Source: Ignicoccus islandicus DSM 13165
Lineage (GTDB): Archaea; Thermoproteota; Thermoprotei_A; Sulfolobales; Ignicoccaceae
Assembly: GCF_001481685.1 (NCBI RefSeq)
Contig: NZ_CP006867.1
Coordinates: 1,020,001-1,052,000 of the forward strand
DNA: 32,000 bases
Direction of reading: 5' to 3'
The notes below the pieces were generated by a model. The model was not told the origin of the DNA and did not search any database. It worked only from the letters and a program-made list of their open reading frames with translations. The position numbers were made by a program, and so were the translations under genes. This document shows positions 23,711-32,000 of the stretch, one piece after another (position 1 is the first letter of the stretch; the number at the start of each line of letters is the position of its first letter).

Positions 23711-25881
23711 TCCTCATCCCAATCTGAATAGAAGTCAGCTAAAGCACCGATCGAGTGGGCCAATCTGTGTTCGAAGTTCGAGTAGACTATGCAATCTGAA
23801 CCCCCCTCGGGGCTTGTTGCCTCATAATACTTGTTAGGAACCCTTTCAAGCGTCCTCGAGATCCCAACCAGTTTACACGTCCTTACTGAGCCTTCCTTAG
23901 ATGGCTCGCCTCTCCGGACGTATATACCGAAAGCGTGTTGGGTTCCCTCCTCGCTCATCAGCACTTCGGTTATTCTCGAAATATTACTGCTTATCTCTAA
24001 GTTATCCTCTCCCGAGGGTACCATTATGAAATACACTGATTCCGGAGGGTTCATTGCGTACAAGAGGAACCTATCGGTAGCGTCGCCTTGTAGGCTAAGT
24101 ACGAGCGATGGTGTTCTTAGTTCTATCGATTTTCCATACTTTTGTACTGGTATGAAATAGAATTTGTCTCTCAATATCAGCGCTGATTCCAGTGATGGCG
24201 AGAGCACAAGGGTATCCTTTGGGTCGATAACTGTCAGACAGTATTTCATGTCCCTCTTCAACCCTTCCTCTGTACACCACAAGTGCTTCTGAGGATCTCT
24301 GTCAACGATTGTTATAGACGTAACCACTGGATAATCCGAAATAGAACATAGATAGCCTTCTCTACTTCCGTTCTCCTCCAGTTCCACGCTTTCATTGGAG
24401 GGAACGTTTATTTCAGAGCTTCCAGAAGTAGCTTCCAAACGTTCGCTGTGAACTGGAGGTCGCTTAACCCCATAGAAATAATCTGGCATTACCTCGAGGA
24501 ACTTACCGAAGGCTTGTTCTATTAAGATCACGTGGGTTAATACTCTAGAGAAGACTCCGAATCCTAAAATGATTATTCTATTTGACCTTAGAAGGTGATG
24601 GAACCTGAGTGTTCTTCCAAATACGTTATCTAATTTCACGCAAGGCATGGATTCAGCATGAAACAACCTTCTCATAAGGTCGAGACTTGAAGCGACCAGT
24701 GACGACACAGAGAATATCTTTATGGGAAAGATGTAATCGATTACGTCCGAACTGCTTCGAGTCTCGTCAAGCGCAAGTGGATATATTACTAGGAAGAGGA
24801 GCGATACAAGTAGGGGTAGGAACATCCAAAGGTACTTCAAGATGCAATCGGGCGATTTCGTAAAGTACTTCCATTTAAACGGACATTCTAACATCAGCGG
24901 TATTGAATATGGCCATATAAAGTAATCTCTCCCATCTGAGTGCAACTTCGAAGATGGATTCGAAGCGAAGTAGAAGAGCTCCAAGGCGTATATTACGTTG
25001 AAGTAAAATAGGGTGAAAAGGGAGATTTGAGGGATCATGTTCTCTAGGAACGTTATCAGATCTCCCTGCGGTTCTGCTGCGTTCGCAGAGATAAGCCCAA
25101 GGGCCAACGTAATAACCCATGCCACCGCGTACTCTAATATAACTTCATTGCTTCCCTGAGCCCTCGGGAATAGATGCGTAAAGTAGATTAGATTAAAGGC
25201 CACAACTACGGCTTCAAGAACTGTTACGCAAAGCTGGTATAGGTACCGGTATAAATATGGTACGTGCTCGGAGTGGACGACATCATGCCACGTAAGTGTA
25301 GGCATTATAACTACGATCATGAAGAGAAAGAGACCGAGCCTAGAGTAGGGAGGATACTTATGAACGTATTTATCTAGTACTTTTAACGAAAACTCAGGCT
25401 TGCCCATATGTACTAGAAGAAGTGTTAAAACTAGAGGTGTTAGAAAAAACAGTAAGCACGTAAGTGGGGTCGATAGAAGTGAGAGCAGATGTGAGAGCAA
25501 CTGAATAGTTATATCCAATATTATAATCAGCATGGGATTGACAAGTTCGCTGAGGATAAGCTCGATCGAATTTATAAGTAGCGTTCTCAACGAGTCTGAC
25601 AATACCACGAGGACGTAAAAGATGGTAGATAAGGTAAAGGCGACCATCCTCAAGAAAATGGACTTTCTGCGCAATAGCAGTTTTAAGGAGGCAAAAAGTA
25701 ATAGTGAGATAAATGTTGTAATCAAGAAGGAACTACTGTAACTTGGAAGGTTCGAATTGCGATAACTTAGTAATTGCGAAAAGTATAAGTTAGCCACCAA
25801 TAACGCGGCAACGAGTTGCGCAAGCAATACTGCTAGATAAGCAATAGTCTCTATGTCGGCCCTGTCCTCCGCTTTACTCAA
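23698..25881 (-). CDS. polytopic membrane protein with a KTN/RCK-like cytoplasmic C-terminal domain (727 aa), unknown function
   Basis: Residues about 12-400 contain roughly 10 hydrophobic helices. The C-terminal part shows the ordered motifs RIIILGFGVFS (435-445), ITIVDRDP (523-530), LQGDATD (597-603) and GEDNLEISSNISR (624-636), ending in an acidic tail DWDEEWEE. Confidence 0.75.
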   Translation of the reverse strand: MSKAEDRADIETIAYLAVLLAQLVAALLVANLYFSQLLSYRNSNLPSYSSSFLITTFISLLLFASLKLLLRRKSIFLRMVAFTLSTIFYVLVVLSDSLRTLLINSIELILSELVNPMLIIILDITIQLLSHLLSLLSTPLTCLLFFLTPLVLTLLLVHMGKPEFSLKVLDKYVHKYPPYSRLGLFLFMIVVIMPTLTWHDVVHSEHVPYLYRYLYQLCVTVLEAVVVAFNLIYFTHLFPRAQGSNEVILEYAVAWVITLALGLISANAAEPQGDLITFLENMIPQISLFTLFYFNVIYALELFYFASNPSSKLHSDGRDYFIWPYSIPLMLECPFKWKYFTKSPDCILKYLWMFLPLLVSLLFLVIYPLALDETRSSSDVIDYIFPIKIFSVSSLVASSLDLMRRLFHAESMPCVKLDNVFGRTLRFHHLLRSNRIIILGFGVFSRVLTHVILIEQAFGKFLEVMPDYFYGVKRPPVHSERLEATSGSSEINVPSNESVELEENGSREGYLCSISDYPVVTSITIVDRDPQKHLWCTEEGLKRDMKYCLTVIDPKDTLVLSPSLESALILRDKFYFIPVQKYGKSIELRTPSLVLSLQGDATDRFLLYAMNPPESVYFIMVPSGEDNLEISSNISRITEVLMSEEGTQHAFGIYVRRGEPSKEGSVRTCKLVGISRTLERVPNKYYEATSPEGGSDCIVYSNFEHRLAHSIGALADFYSDWDEEWEE

Positions 25882-26010
25882 CCTACTGGGACCGCGTACT
25901 TCCTCAATACGAGACTTATATTAGGCTTCTCGTTTTCAAGTATTTAAACTTTGGGTCGGTAGTAACGTTTTAATTCCAATACCTTCGTCAGAAAATGTGC
26001 GTGAAATCGC

Positions 26011-27534
26011 ATGAAACGTGCACAAGTACTTATAACGATCCTTCTATTTCTTTCAACAATTGCGTTGTCATCGCAAATATCTATAGGGCTAGGCAATTGG
26101 GGGCCTCCTAACCCGGTCCGCTTCTACCCAAGAGGTCCGGCTTACGTAATAACTAGCTTCGCCTACGATACGTTGGTGTGGAAGGACTCCAAGGGAGTAA
26201 TACCTTGGTTAGCCGTCAAGTGGGTAAAACTGAACGATACTGCATGGGTTTTCTATTTGCGAAAAGGTCTTACTTGGAGCGACGGTGAGCCCTTAACCGC
26301 CGAGGACGTAGCTTTCTCCTATAACTACCTTAAGGAATCTAAATGGGCATGGAAGGATATGAGCGTCTTGAAGAGAGCGGTCGCGTTGAACGAAACGACT
26401 GTTTTAATAGAATTGAATAGGCCCTTCCCTCTATTTGTAGAGGAGTACGCTACCACGGTCTTCGTCATTCCCAAACGCGTTTGGTCCTCAAAGCCTTCGC
26501 TAAGCGTATCGAGCGGACCTTACGTCCTCAAGTCCTATAGTCCCGGAAGCGGCTACGTCTTCGTAAAGAATCCGAGGTTCTGGGGTCCCGAACCCCTTTT
26601 CGATCAACTAGTAATACCTTCAATGCAGTTCACCTCGCCTCAAGCGCTCGCCTCGGCCTTCATTTCCGGTAAAGTAGACGCAATAACCCTAATGGGCAAG
26701 GCATGGAGATTGATAAAGGTAATAGAAAGTAGGAAGCCTAATGCTATAATAAAGAAAGGGCCTATGTACTGGGTCCTCTTCTTAGGCTTTAACTTAAATA
26801 AATACCCATTCGACGTAAAGGAGTTCCGTAAGGCAGTGTCCCTCGCTTTGGACTTGAAGCAGCTAGTTCTTAGAAGCGTGGGTAGCTTCGAAGGGGCCTT
26901 ACCGGGAGTCCCTGGATACGTTCCGCCTTACAGCGCGTTCTACAATAAGAACGTAGGCGTTCACGAGTACTCACCGAAGGAAGCGGTCCAATTGATGGAG
27001 AAACTCGGAATTAGGGATTCGGATGGAGACGGTTGCGTTGAACTTAACGGAAGGAAGTGGAGGCCTCTCCTAGTTACGTCGAAGAGTTGGGTAACGGAGG
27101 CCTTAATAGTTAAGGAAATGTTAGAGAGGGTCGGAATATGTGTGAACGTGAAGACCGTAGCTGGAACGAAGCAACTCGATTGGATAGTTAAGAACGGTGC
27201 GTTCGATATGGAGATAAACGGCCACGGCGCGACGGGTAACAACCCGTTCGCGTTAACGTGGATATTCAAAGCATTTGGAACTCCTTGGTTCAATGAGAAA
27301 TACGAAAAACTAATGAGGAAGTTGACCTCTGCAAAGAACTTGGAAGAGGCTGAGGAAATAGCTAAGGAAGCTCAAGGAATAATAGCGGACGAGGTGCCCA
27401 GGATAGCCCTCTACTATCCCTATCAGTTCCTCGTCAGCGACGGCAAGGCCCATTGGTTCTTTACCTATAATGGAATAGATGGCGGAATTCCGCTACCATA
27501 TAACAAGCTAGCTCTATTGAAACCGATCCGCTGA
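26011..27534 (+). CDS. ABC transporter substrate-binding protein, family 5 (peptide/nickel type)
   Basis: It has a signal/anchor N-terminus. The length of 507 aa and blocks such as LTWSDGEPLTAEDVAFSY and SGPYVLKSYSPGSGYVFVKNPRFWG are typical of DppA/OppA/NikA-type binding proteins. Confidence 0.8.
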   Translation: MKRAQVLITILLFLSTIALSSQISIGLGNWGPPNPVRFYPRGPAYVITSFAYDTLVWKDSKGVIPWLAVKWVKLNDTAWVFYLRKGLTWSDGEPLTAEDVAFSYNYLKESKWAWKDMSVLKRAVALNETTVLIELNRPFPLFVEEYATTVFVIPKRVWSSKPSLSVSSGPYVLKSYSPGSGYVFVKNPRFWGPEPLFDQLVIPSMQFTSPQALASAFISGKVDAITLMGKAWRLIKVIESRKPNAIIKKGPMYWVLFLGFNLNKYPFDVKEFRKAVSLALDLKQLVLRSVGSFEGALPGVPGYVPPYSAFYNKNVGVHEYSPKEAVQLMEKLGIRDSDGDGCVELNGRKWRPLLVTSKSWVTEALIVKEMLERVGICVNVKTVAGTKQLDWIVKNGAFDMEINGHGATGNNPFALTWIFKAFGTPWFNEKYEKLMRKLTSAKNLEEAEEIAKEAQGIIADEVPRIALYYPYQFLVSDGKAHWFFTYNGIDGGIPLPYNKLALLKPIR

Positions 27535-27538
27535 GAAG

Positions 27539-28411
27539 GTGCTCCGCTTGAGGCCCCTCCAAGTAGTTTTTTCGATTCCGATTGTCCTCGTCACGGCTTA
27601 CCTAATCTCGAGGTACGGACTAGGTAGTCCCTTTAGCGACCTAGGCGCCAACGGCTTCCTAACTGAAGAGCAACGAAAGGCCTTGGAAGAGGCCTACGGC
27701 CTTAGCGGCGATCCCTTACTCGGTTTCATTAATTTCACTTTATCCTTACCGAGGGGCGGACCGCCGAGCTCTATTTACTCCAAACCTTCCCTAGAGCTAG
27801 TTCTGGGTCCCTTCGCGCTAACGGTAGCGATCGTGGCCTTCGCAGCCACCGCTTCCGTGATCGTTGCAAGCGTAACTTTCGTTGCTAATCCAAAGGCATT
27901 GAAGCTCCTAGGGAGCGCGGCCTTCGTGCCAGAGTACTTCTACGCGATTGCGTTCCTCGTAACCTCGTGGTACTTCGGATGGCCCAACCCCACCCTGAAC
28001 TTCTCTTACGATAAGTTCCTCGCTTACTTCGCAATAGTTTGCCTATCCATATCTTCGAAGCTAGCCCACCTAATCGACGAAATGGCTAGCGAGTTGTCAT
28101 CCTCCCAGTTCGTAGCGTTCTGGAAAGCAGTAGGGTTGAGCGATCGCGCAATCAGAAGGGTTGAACTTAAAGCTATGTGGAAGGGGCTTTTAGCTTTCCT
28201 ATTAACTTTATCAGCGGAAAGCTTAGAGAGAAGCGTCATGGTTGAATACTTGATAAACTTTCCCGGAATAGGCTACTTCCTCTTCACGTCAGTAGTAGAA
28301 GTGGACGTTGGACTGGCGGCATCTAGCTTCGCTCTCCTTTCCATTGCCGCCTACGCATTGGTTCAATTGGCTTCCTCGGTAGGTGATTCCAGATGGAGTG
28401 TGTGGAAGTAG
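27539..28411 (+). CDS. ABC transporter permease (DppB/OppB/NikB-like)
   Basis: GTG start. There are multiple hydrophobic helices. AYGLSGDPLLGF resembles the N-terminal GLDxP block. KAVGLSDRAIRRVELKAMWKGLL resembles the ARAKGLSxRxVxxxHxLRN loop. Confidence 0.65.
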   Translation: MLRLRPLQVVFSIPIVLVTAYLISRYGLGSPFSDLGANGFLTEEQRKALEEAYGLSGDPLLGFINFTLSLPRGGPPSSIYSKPSLELVLGPFALTVAIVAFAATASVIVASVTFVANPKALKLLGSAAFVPEYFYAIAFLVTSWYFGWPNPTLNFSYDKFLAYFAIVCLSISSKLAHLIDEMASELSSSQFVAFWKAVGLSDRAIRRVELKAMWKGLLAFLLTLSAESLERSVMVEYLINFPGIGYFLFTSVVEVDVGLAASSFALLSIAAYALVQLASSVGDSRWSVWK

Positions 28412-29115
28412 AGCCCCTAGCTTCCCCAAGTCCGGCCTTCCCATTAGGGGGAGACCCCCTAGGAAGGGACGCGTTGTGCGTGTTCCTCTCCTTGCTGCCC
28501 AACACTTTAACGGCCCAAGTTGCTGCCATAGCCACTTCCTTCGCCTTCTTGTGGATATTGGTTCTATTAGCAGCTTCATCAAAAATTAGAAGGATCGAAA
28601 GGAGTTCGCTTAGCTTGGCCAACGGCTTCCCCAAGTTGCCATTCTTCGTCTTCCTCTCCTTAGTCGTCTCCTTAACCCCGCTTCAGATAGGCGCGCTCGT
28701 TGGAATATTAGGTTCCATTAGGTACGCAATAGGGCTTCTGGAGAGGGCCGAGGAAATAATGAACGAGTGTTTCTCAGTGGCGAGCCTTTCGTCGGGCGGA
28801 ACTAAGATATGGGTCGTTAGGAAACACGTCTTGCCCCACCTAATTGGCTTAATTCTAAGGTCTTCCCTAATAGTAGGCGCGATAGCCGTTCACGCGGAAG
28901 TTGGCTTGGGAATGATGGGGCTGGAAGACGTTAGGCATCAAGGTATAGGCCAACTAGTCTACTTGGTTCTAAACACTCCCGGCGCTATCCAAACCCAGGC
29001 CGGATTGATCCAAGCGCTCTTCGTTACCTCATTTTCAACGTTCCTATCGGCCGTTCCTATGATACTTAGAGCTTCATTACCCTCGATCCGTGATAGGAAG
29101 AGGTACCTGAAGTGA
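28393..29115 (+). CDS. ABC transporter permease (DppC/OppC/NikC-like, short)
   Basis: Hydrophobic helices are present. SLSSGGTKIWVVRKHVLPHLIGL resembles the EAA-loop block (GAsxxxIIxRHILPN). HAEVGLGMMGLEDVRHQGIG resembles EAxLSFLGLG. The start is uncertain. Confidence 0.6.
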   Translation: MECVEVEPLASPSPAFPLGGDPLGRDALCVFLSLLPNTLTAQVAAIATSFAFLWILVLLAASSKIRRIERSSLSLANGFPKLPFFVFLSLVVSLTPLQIGALVGILGSIRYAIGLLERAEEIMNECFSVASLSSGGTKIWVVRKHVLPHLIGLILRSSLIVGAIAVHAEVGLGMMGLEDVRHQGIGQLVYLVLNTPGAIQTQAGLIQALFVTSFSTFLSAVPMILRASLPSIRDRKRYLK

Positions 29116-29642
29116 GGAGGGCCTTAGTTCTCGGAATTGGTAATAGGATGTATGGCGAGGACGGATTCGGTAGCTGTTTAGGGGAGTTCCTATCCAAACA
29201 GAAGCTAAGCGACGTTGAAGCTAGGGACGGAGACTACATGGGAATGGGGCTAATAGGTTGGTTGGAAGGCTTCTCCTTAGTGATCTTCTTGGACGCTGTA
29301 GTTGATGACGTGAAAGAGGACCTAGTAGTATACAAGATCGTTCCAGAGAACGCTACTTACGAGGAGTTAGCGGAACTGCCCGTAGACGCGCACAAAGCCT
29401 CTCCAACCCAACTGGCCGCATTCGCGAAGCGTTCGGGAATATTCGATGGCGAGGCCTACTTAGTTGGCTTGAAGGCTGAAAAAGTCTGCTGGCCGTGTCC
29501 GCTTACCGAGAGAGCGGCGAACTTGATGCCCCTGGCTGTGGACAAGGTCAACGAGATCTTGAGGAAGTACGGCTTCAGTACGTTCAGCAAAGAGGGGCTA
29601 GAGGAGTGGGTTCGCTCTAACTGCATGGAAATAAAGTTCTGA
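29112..29642 (+). CDS. [NiFe]-hydrogenase maturation endopeptidase (HycI/HyaD family)
   Basis: The GTG start overlaps the permease stop (GTGA). ALVLGIGNRMYGEDGFG matches the GIGNxxxGDDGxG motif. An FLDAV block and a later VDAHKASP (His ligand region) are also present. Confidence 0.8.
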   Translation: MRRALVLGIGNRMYGEDGFGSCLGEFLSKQKLSDVEARDGDYMGMGLIGWLEGFSLVIFLDAVVDDVKEDLVVYKIVPENATYEELAELPVDAHKASPTQLAAFAKRSGIFDGEAYLVGLKAEKVCWPCPLTERAANLMPLAVDKVNEILRKYGFSTFSKEGLEEWVRSNCMEIKF

Positions 29643-29697
29643 ACGCCGAGTACCAAGCTTATGAACATAGTCTAAGAGAGAATAGGGTGGATGGGAG

Positions 29698-29958
29698 ATG
29701 GGTAAAATAAAGAGACTACTCCTAGATACGCTTAAACCCCTCAAGGGCTTGAGCATCATCGACATTGCTAAGGAAATAGTCGATATGGAGGGCCTCGGTA
29801 GAGTTACTATAAAGGTCGATGAAATGGACGTCGAAACCGTTACCCTTTCTATAATAGTTGAAGGGGACGACATTGACTTCGAGAAGCTGAAGGCGGCGTT
29901 GGAAGAGAGAGGCGTTGTAATACATTCGATAGATGAAGTGACTGCCGAGAAAGAGTAA
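29698..29958 (+). CDS. DUF211-family small protein
   Basis: 86 aa. IKRLLLDTLKPLKGLSIIDIAKEI...ETVTLSIIVEGDDIDFEKLKAALEERGVVIHSIDEV matches the archaeal DUF211 pattern. Confidence 0.65.
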   Translation: MGKIKRLLLDTLKPLKGLSIIDIAKEIVDMEGLGRVTIKVDEMDVETVTLSIIVEGDDIDFEKLKAALEERGVVIHSIDEVTAEKE

Positions 29959-29995
29959 ATGAGCCCCGTTTCACCTTCCTAAAAGGTAGTGAATT

Positions 29996-31384
29996 GTGAT
30001 TAAGGTCTATAATACTCTAACTAGAAAATACGAGGATTTTCAACCCCTTCAACCTCCTCTTGTAAGAATGTACGTTTGCGGTCCTACTGTCTACGATCAC
30101 AGTCACATAGGCCACGCGAGAACTTGGGTCGCCTTCGATGTTGTGAAGAGGTACTTACGCTTAAGAGGGTATTTCGTAATACACGTTCAGAACATAACTG
30201 ACATCGATGATAAGATAATCAATAGAGCCAACGAGCTTGGGGTTAGCTGGAAGGAAATAGCAGATAAGTACGCAAAGGAGTACTTAGATTTAATGAAAGA
30301 GATGAAGGTATTCCCTACCATTCATCCGAGAGTTACCGAACACATTAGCGATATAATAGAATTCATAAAGGACTTAATTGAAAAGGGATACGCATACGTA
30401 ACTCCTTCCGGGGTCTACTTCGATGTGGACAAGTATCCATACTACGGTCAACTTTCCGGTGTGAAAGACAAGGAGATGTGGAGTCAAGAGACCTTCGTGA
30501 AGGACAAGAAGAACCCATACGATTTCGCTTTGTGGAAGTGTGCTAAGCCCAACGAGCCTTGGTGGGAGAGTCCTTGGTGTAAGGGGAGGCCTGGATGGCA
30601 CATAGAGTGTTCCACTATGAGCAGTAAGTACCTGGGAAAGCAATTCGACATACATGGCGGGGCTAGGGACCTAATTTTCCCACATCATGAGAATGAGATA
30701 GCGCAGAGCGAGGCCAGGTTCGGGGTAAGGCCATGGGTAAAGTACTGGCTTCACAGCGGTTACTTGACTGTAAAAGGGGAAAAGATGAGCAAGAGCTTGG
30801 GTAACATAGTTCCCTTAGTAGATCTATTGAAAGAATATCCGGCCGATGTGGTTAGGTACTGGCTCACCACTGCCCACTATCGCTCGGAACTAGATTTTTC
30901 ATATGATAGACTTGACCAAGCGAAGGTAGCCCTTGAGAGAATGAAGATGAGCGTTGACAAGCTTAGGAGAACTGTCGAGAAAGGCTACCCCAAGGGCTCG
31001 CTCAAGGACGAGGAGGTAAAGGCAATTTACGATATATGGAAGCTTAGGGAGGAGTTCCATCAAGCTATGAGCAACGACTTCAATACTCCAGAGGCTTGGG
31101 CCAAGGTAAGGGAGGCCCTCAGAATAGCCAACGAGACGGATTCGTGGGAAGTGGCTGCGATAACGCTCAACTTCGTTGAAGAGGCCGACCAAGTGTTTGC
31201 TGTATTTGAAGAGAAACGCGTGGAGGGCGTGGAACCGTTCGTGGACCTATTAGTTAGAGTTAGAAGTAGGTTAAGGGAAAGGAAAATGTGGGAATTGAGC
31301 GACTGGATAAGATCCGAACTAGATAAGCTCGGGGTAAAGCTATTGGACAAAGGTAGGGAAACTGAATGGAGGTTCGCGAAATGA
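29996..31384 (+). CDS. cysS: cysteine--tRNA ligase
   Basis: GTG start. Contains MYVCGPTVYDHSHIGHARTW (HIGH), the WHIECS zinc-site block, FPHHENEIAQSEA and KMSKSLGN (KMSKS). Confidence 0.95.
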   Translation: MIKVYNTLTRKYEDFQPLQPPLVRMYVCGPTVYDHSHIGHARTWVAFDVVKRYLRLRGYFVIHVQNITDIDDKIINRANELGVSWKEIADKYAKEYLDLMKEMKVFPTIHPRVTEHISDIIEFIKDLIEKGYAYVTPSGVYFDVDKYPYYGQLSGVKDKEMWSQETFVKDKKNPYDFALWKCAKPNEPWWESPWCKGRPGWHIECSTMSSKYLGKQFDIHGGARDLIFPHHENEIAQSEARFGVRPWVKYWLHSGYLTVKGEKMSKSLGNIVPLVDLLKEYPADVVRYWLTTAHYRSELDFSYDRLDQAKVALERMKMSVDKLRRTVEKGYPKGSLKDEEVKAIYDIWKLREEFHQAMSNDFNTPEAWAKVREALRIANETDSWEVAAITLNFVEEADQVFAVFEEKRVEGVEPFVDLLVRVRSRLRERKMWELSDWIRSELDKLGVKLLDKGRETEWRFAK

Positions 31385-32000
31385 GGATAGCTAGGGATGC
31401 ATACGCTAGAGAGAAAGGGGCTTACTTGATATACGGATGGGCGGAAGGCGTCGAAGTGAAGGAGGAAGACGCGGAAGTAACTGAATTCTTGAGGAAGGTA
31501 GAGGAGGAGGTTAGGAGAAAGTACGTATTAGAGAAAGTAAAGGACGTTCCAGTAATAAGGGCGTATAGAGACTTTATGTGGAGAATTGGCATTGATCCAA
31601 CTAAGATAAGGCCTTCCTCAGAGGCACTGCTCAGAAGGGCCTTGAGGGGTAGCATCCCTACAATAAATTCTCTGGTCGACCTAGGGAACGCGGTTAGCTT
31701 GAGGTATCTAGTTCCAATAGGAATATATGATTTGGACAAAGCGAAGGACTCAATGATACTGAGAAAAGCGAGGGAAGGCGAGATATTTCTCCCTATTGGG
31801 AAAGGGGAGGTGAGGTTGAACGGGAACGAGGTAGTATTAGCGGACGAAGAGGGACCAATGCACTTGTTCCCTTATAGGGACTCAAGGAGAACCATGGTGA
31901 CCCTAGACACGAAAAGGGCCTTGGTTGTGGGAGCGGGAGTTAACGGCGTAGAAGAGGAACTAGTGAAGAAGGCAGTGAGCGAAATACTGAACTTCCTCCG
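31381..32000 (+). CDS. B3/B4 tRNA-binding-domain protein (PheRS beta-subunit-related), 3' end outside the window
   Basis: This ORF is not in the supplied track because it is open at the window edge. The ATG overlaps the cysS stop (ATGA). The translation ...IRAYRDFMWRIGIDPTKIRPSSEALLRRALRGSIPTINSLVDLGNAVSLRYLVPIGIYDLD... matches the B3/4-domain family. Confidence 0.7.
   Translation, partial: MRIARDAYAREKGAYLIYGWAEGVEVKEEDAEVTEFLRKVEEEVRRKYVLEKVKDVPVIRAYRDFMWRIGIDPTKIRPSSEALLRRALRGSIPTINSLVDLGNAVSLRYLVPIGIYDLDKAKDSMILRKAREGEIFLPIGKGEVRLNGNEVVLADEEGPMHLFPYRDSRRTMVTLDTKRALVVGAGVNGVEEELVKKAVSEILNFL

Noticed and set aside
24681-25848. The membrane domain of the 727-aa protein as a potassium channel
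   Set aside because: No TVGYG/GFG-type selectivity filter occurs in the membrane region. The only GFG lies in the glycine-rich turn of the soluble domain.
25882-26010. Searched for a direct repeat of the tRNA-Trp 3' end at the far boundary of the AT-rich island
   Set aside because: No match was visible by eye. The island also lies on the 5' side of the tRNA, not the 3' side used by classical tRNA-targeting integrases. Integration at this tRNA is therefore not claimed.

Overview
The window looks like a chromosomal segment of a hyperthermophilic crenarchaeon. This is inferred from the CRISPR repeat ending in GAAAG when read on the minus strand, an intron-containing tRNA, frequent GTG/TTG starts with 4-nt gene overlaps, and K/E/R/V-rich proteins. 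Housekeeping genes are recognisable by motif: Sua5/YrdC, RfbB-like dehydratase, SRP54, MEMO-like protein, DUF885, a CBS protein, a cation/proton antiporter, a family-5 ABC binding protein with two permeases, a hydrogenase maturation protease, DUF211, CysRS and a B3/B4-domain protein. They flank two AT-richer accessory regions.

Accessory region 1 (about 4.55-10.96 kb) holds four related cassettes. Each cassette consists of a tRNA 3'-half-like fragment, a conserved non-coding element of about 150 nt, an AF2212/DUF104-type antitoxin gene and a PIN toxin gene. The array ends at a tRNA-Arg(UCG) gene whose own 3' end looks chimeric. A 10-repeat CRISPR array follows directly, and no cas genes lie within the window.

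Accessory region 2 (about 20.56-26.0 kb) sits next to an intron-containing tRNA-Trp. It carries a translationally coupled pair of large genes with no recognisable family: a 727-aa polytopic membrane protein with a KTN/RCK-like C-terminal signature, and a 684-aa Cys-rich soluble protein. This pair is the best candidate for an undescribed system.

A third item of interest is a three-gene cluster (17.58-20.39 kb) of membrane-anchored secreted proteins. One has a single CXXCH heme c motif and the other two are Cys-rich paralogs. All functional calls rest on motif recognition by eye. No database searches were run.
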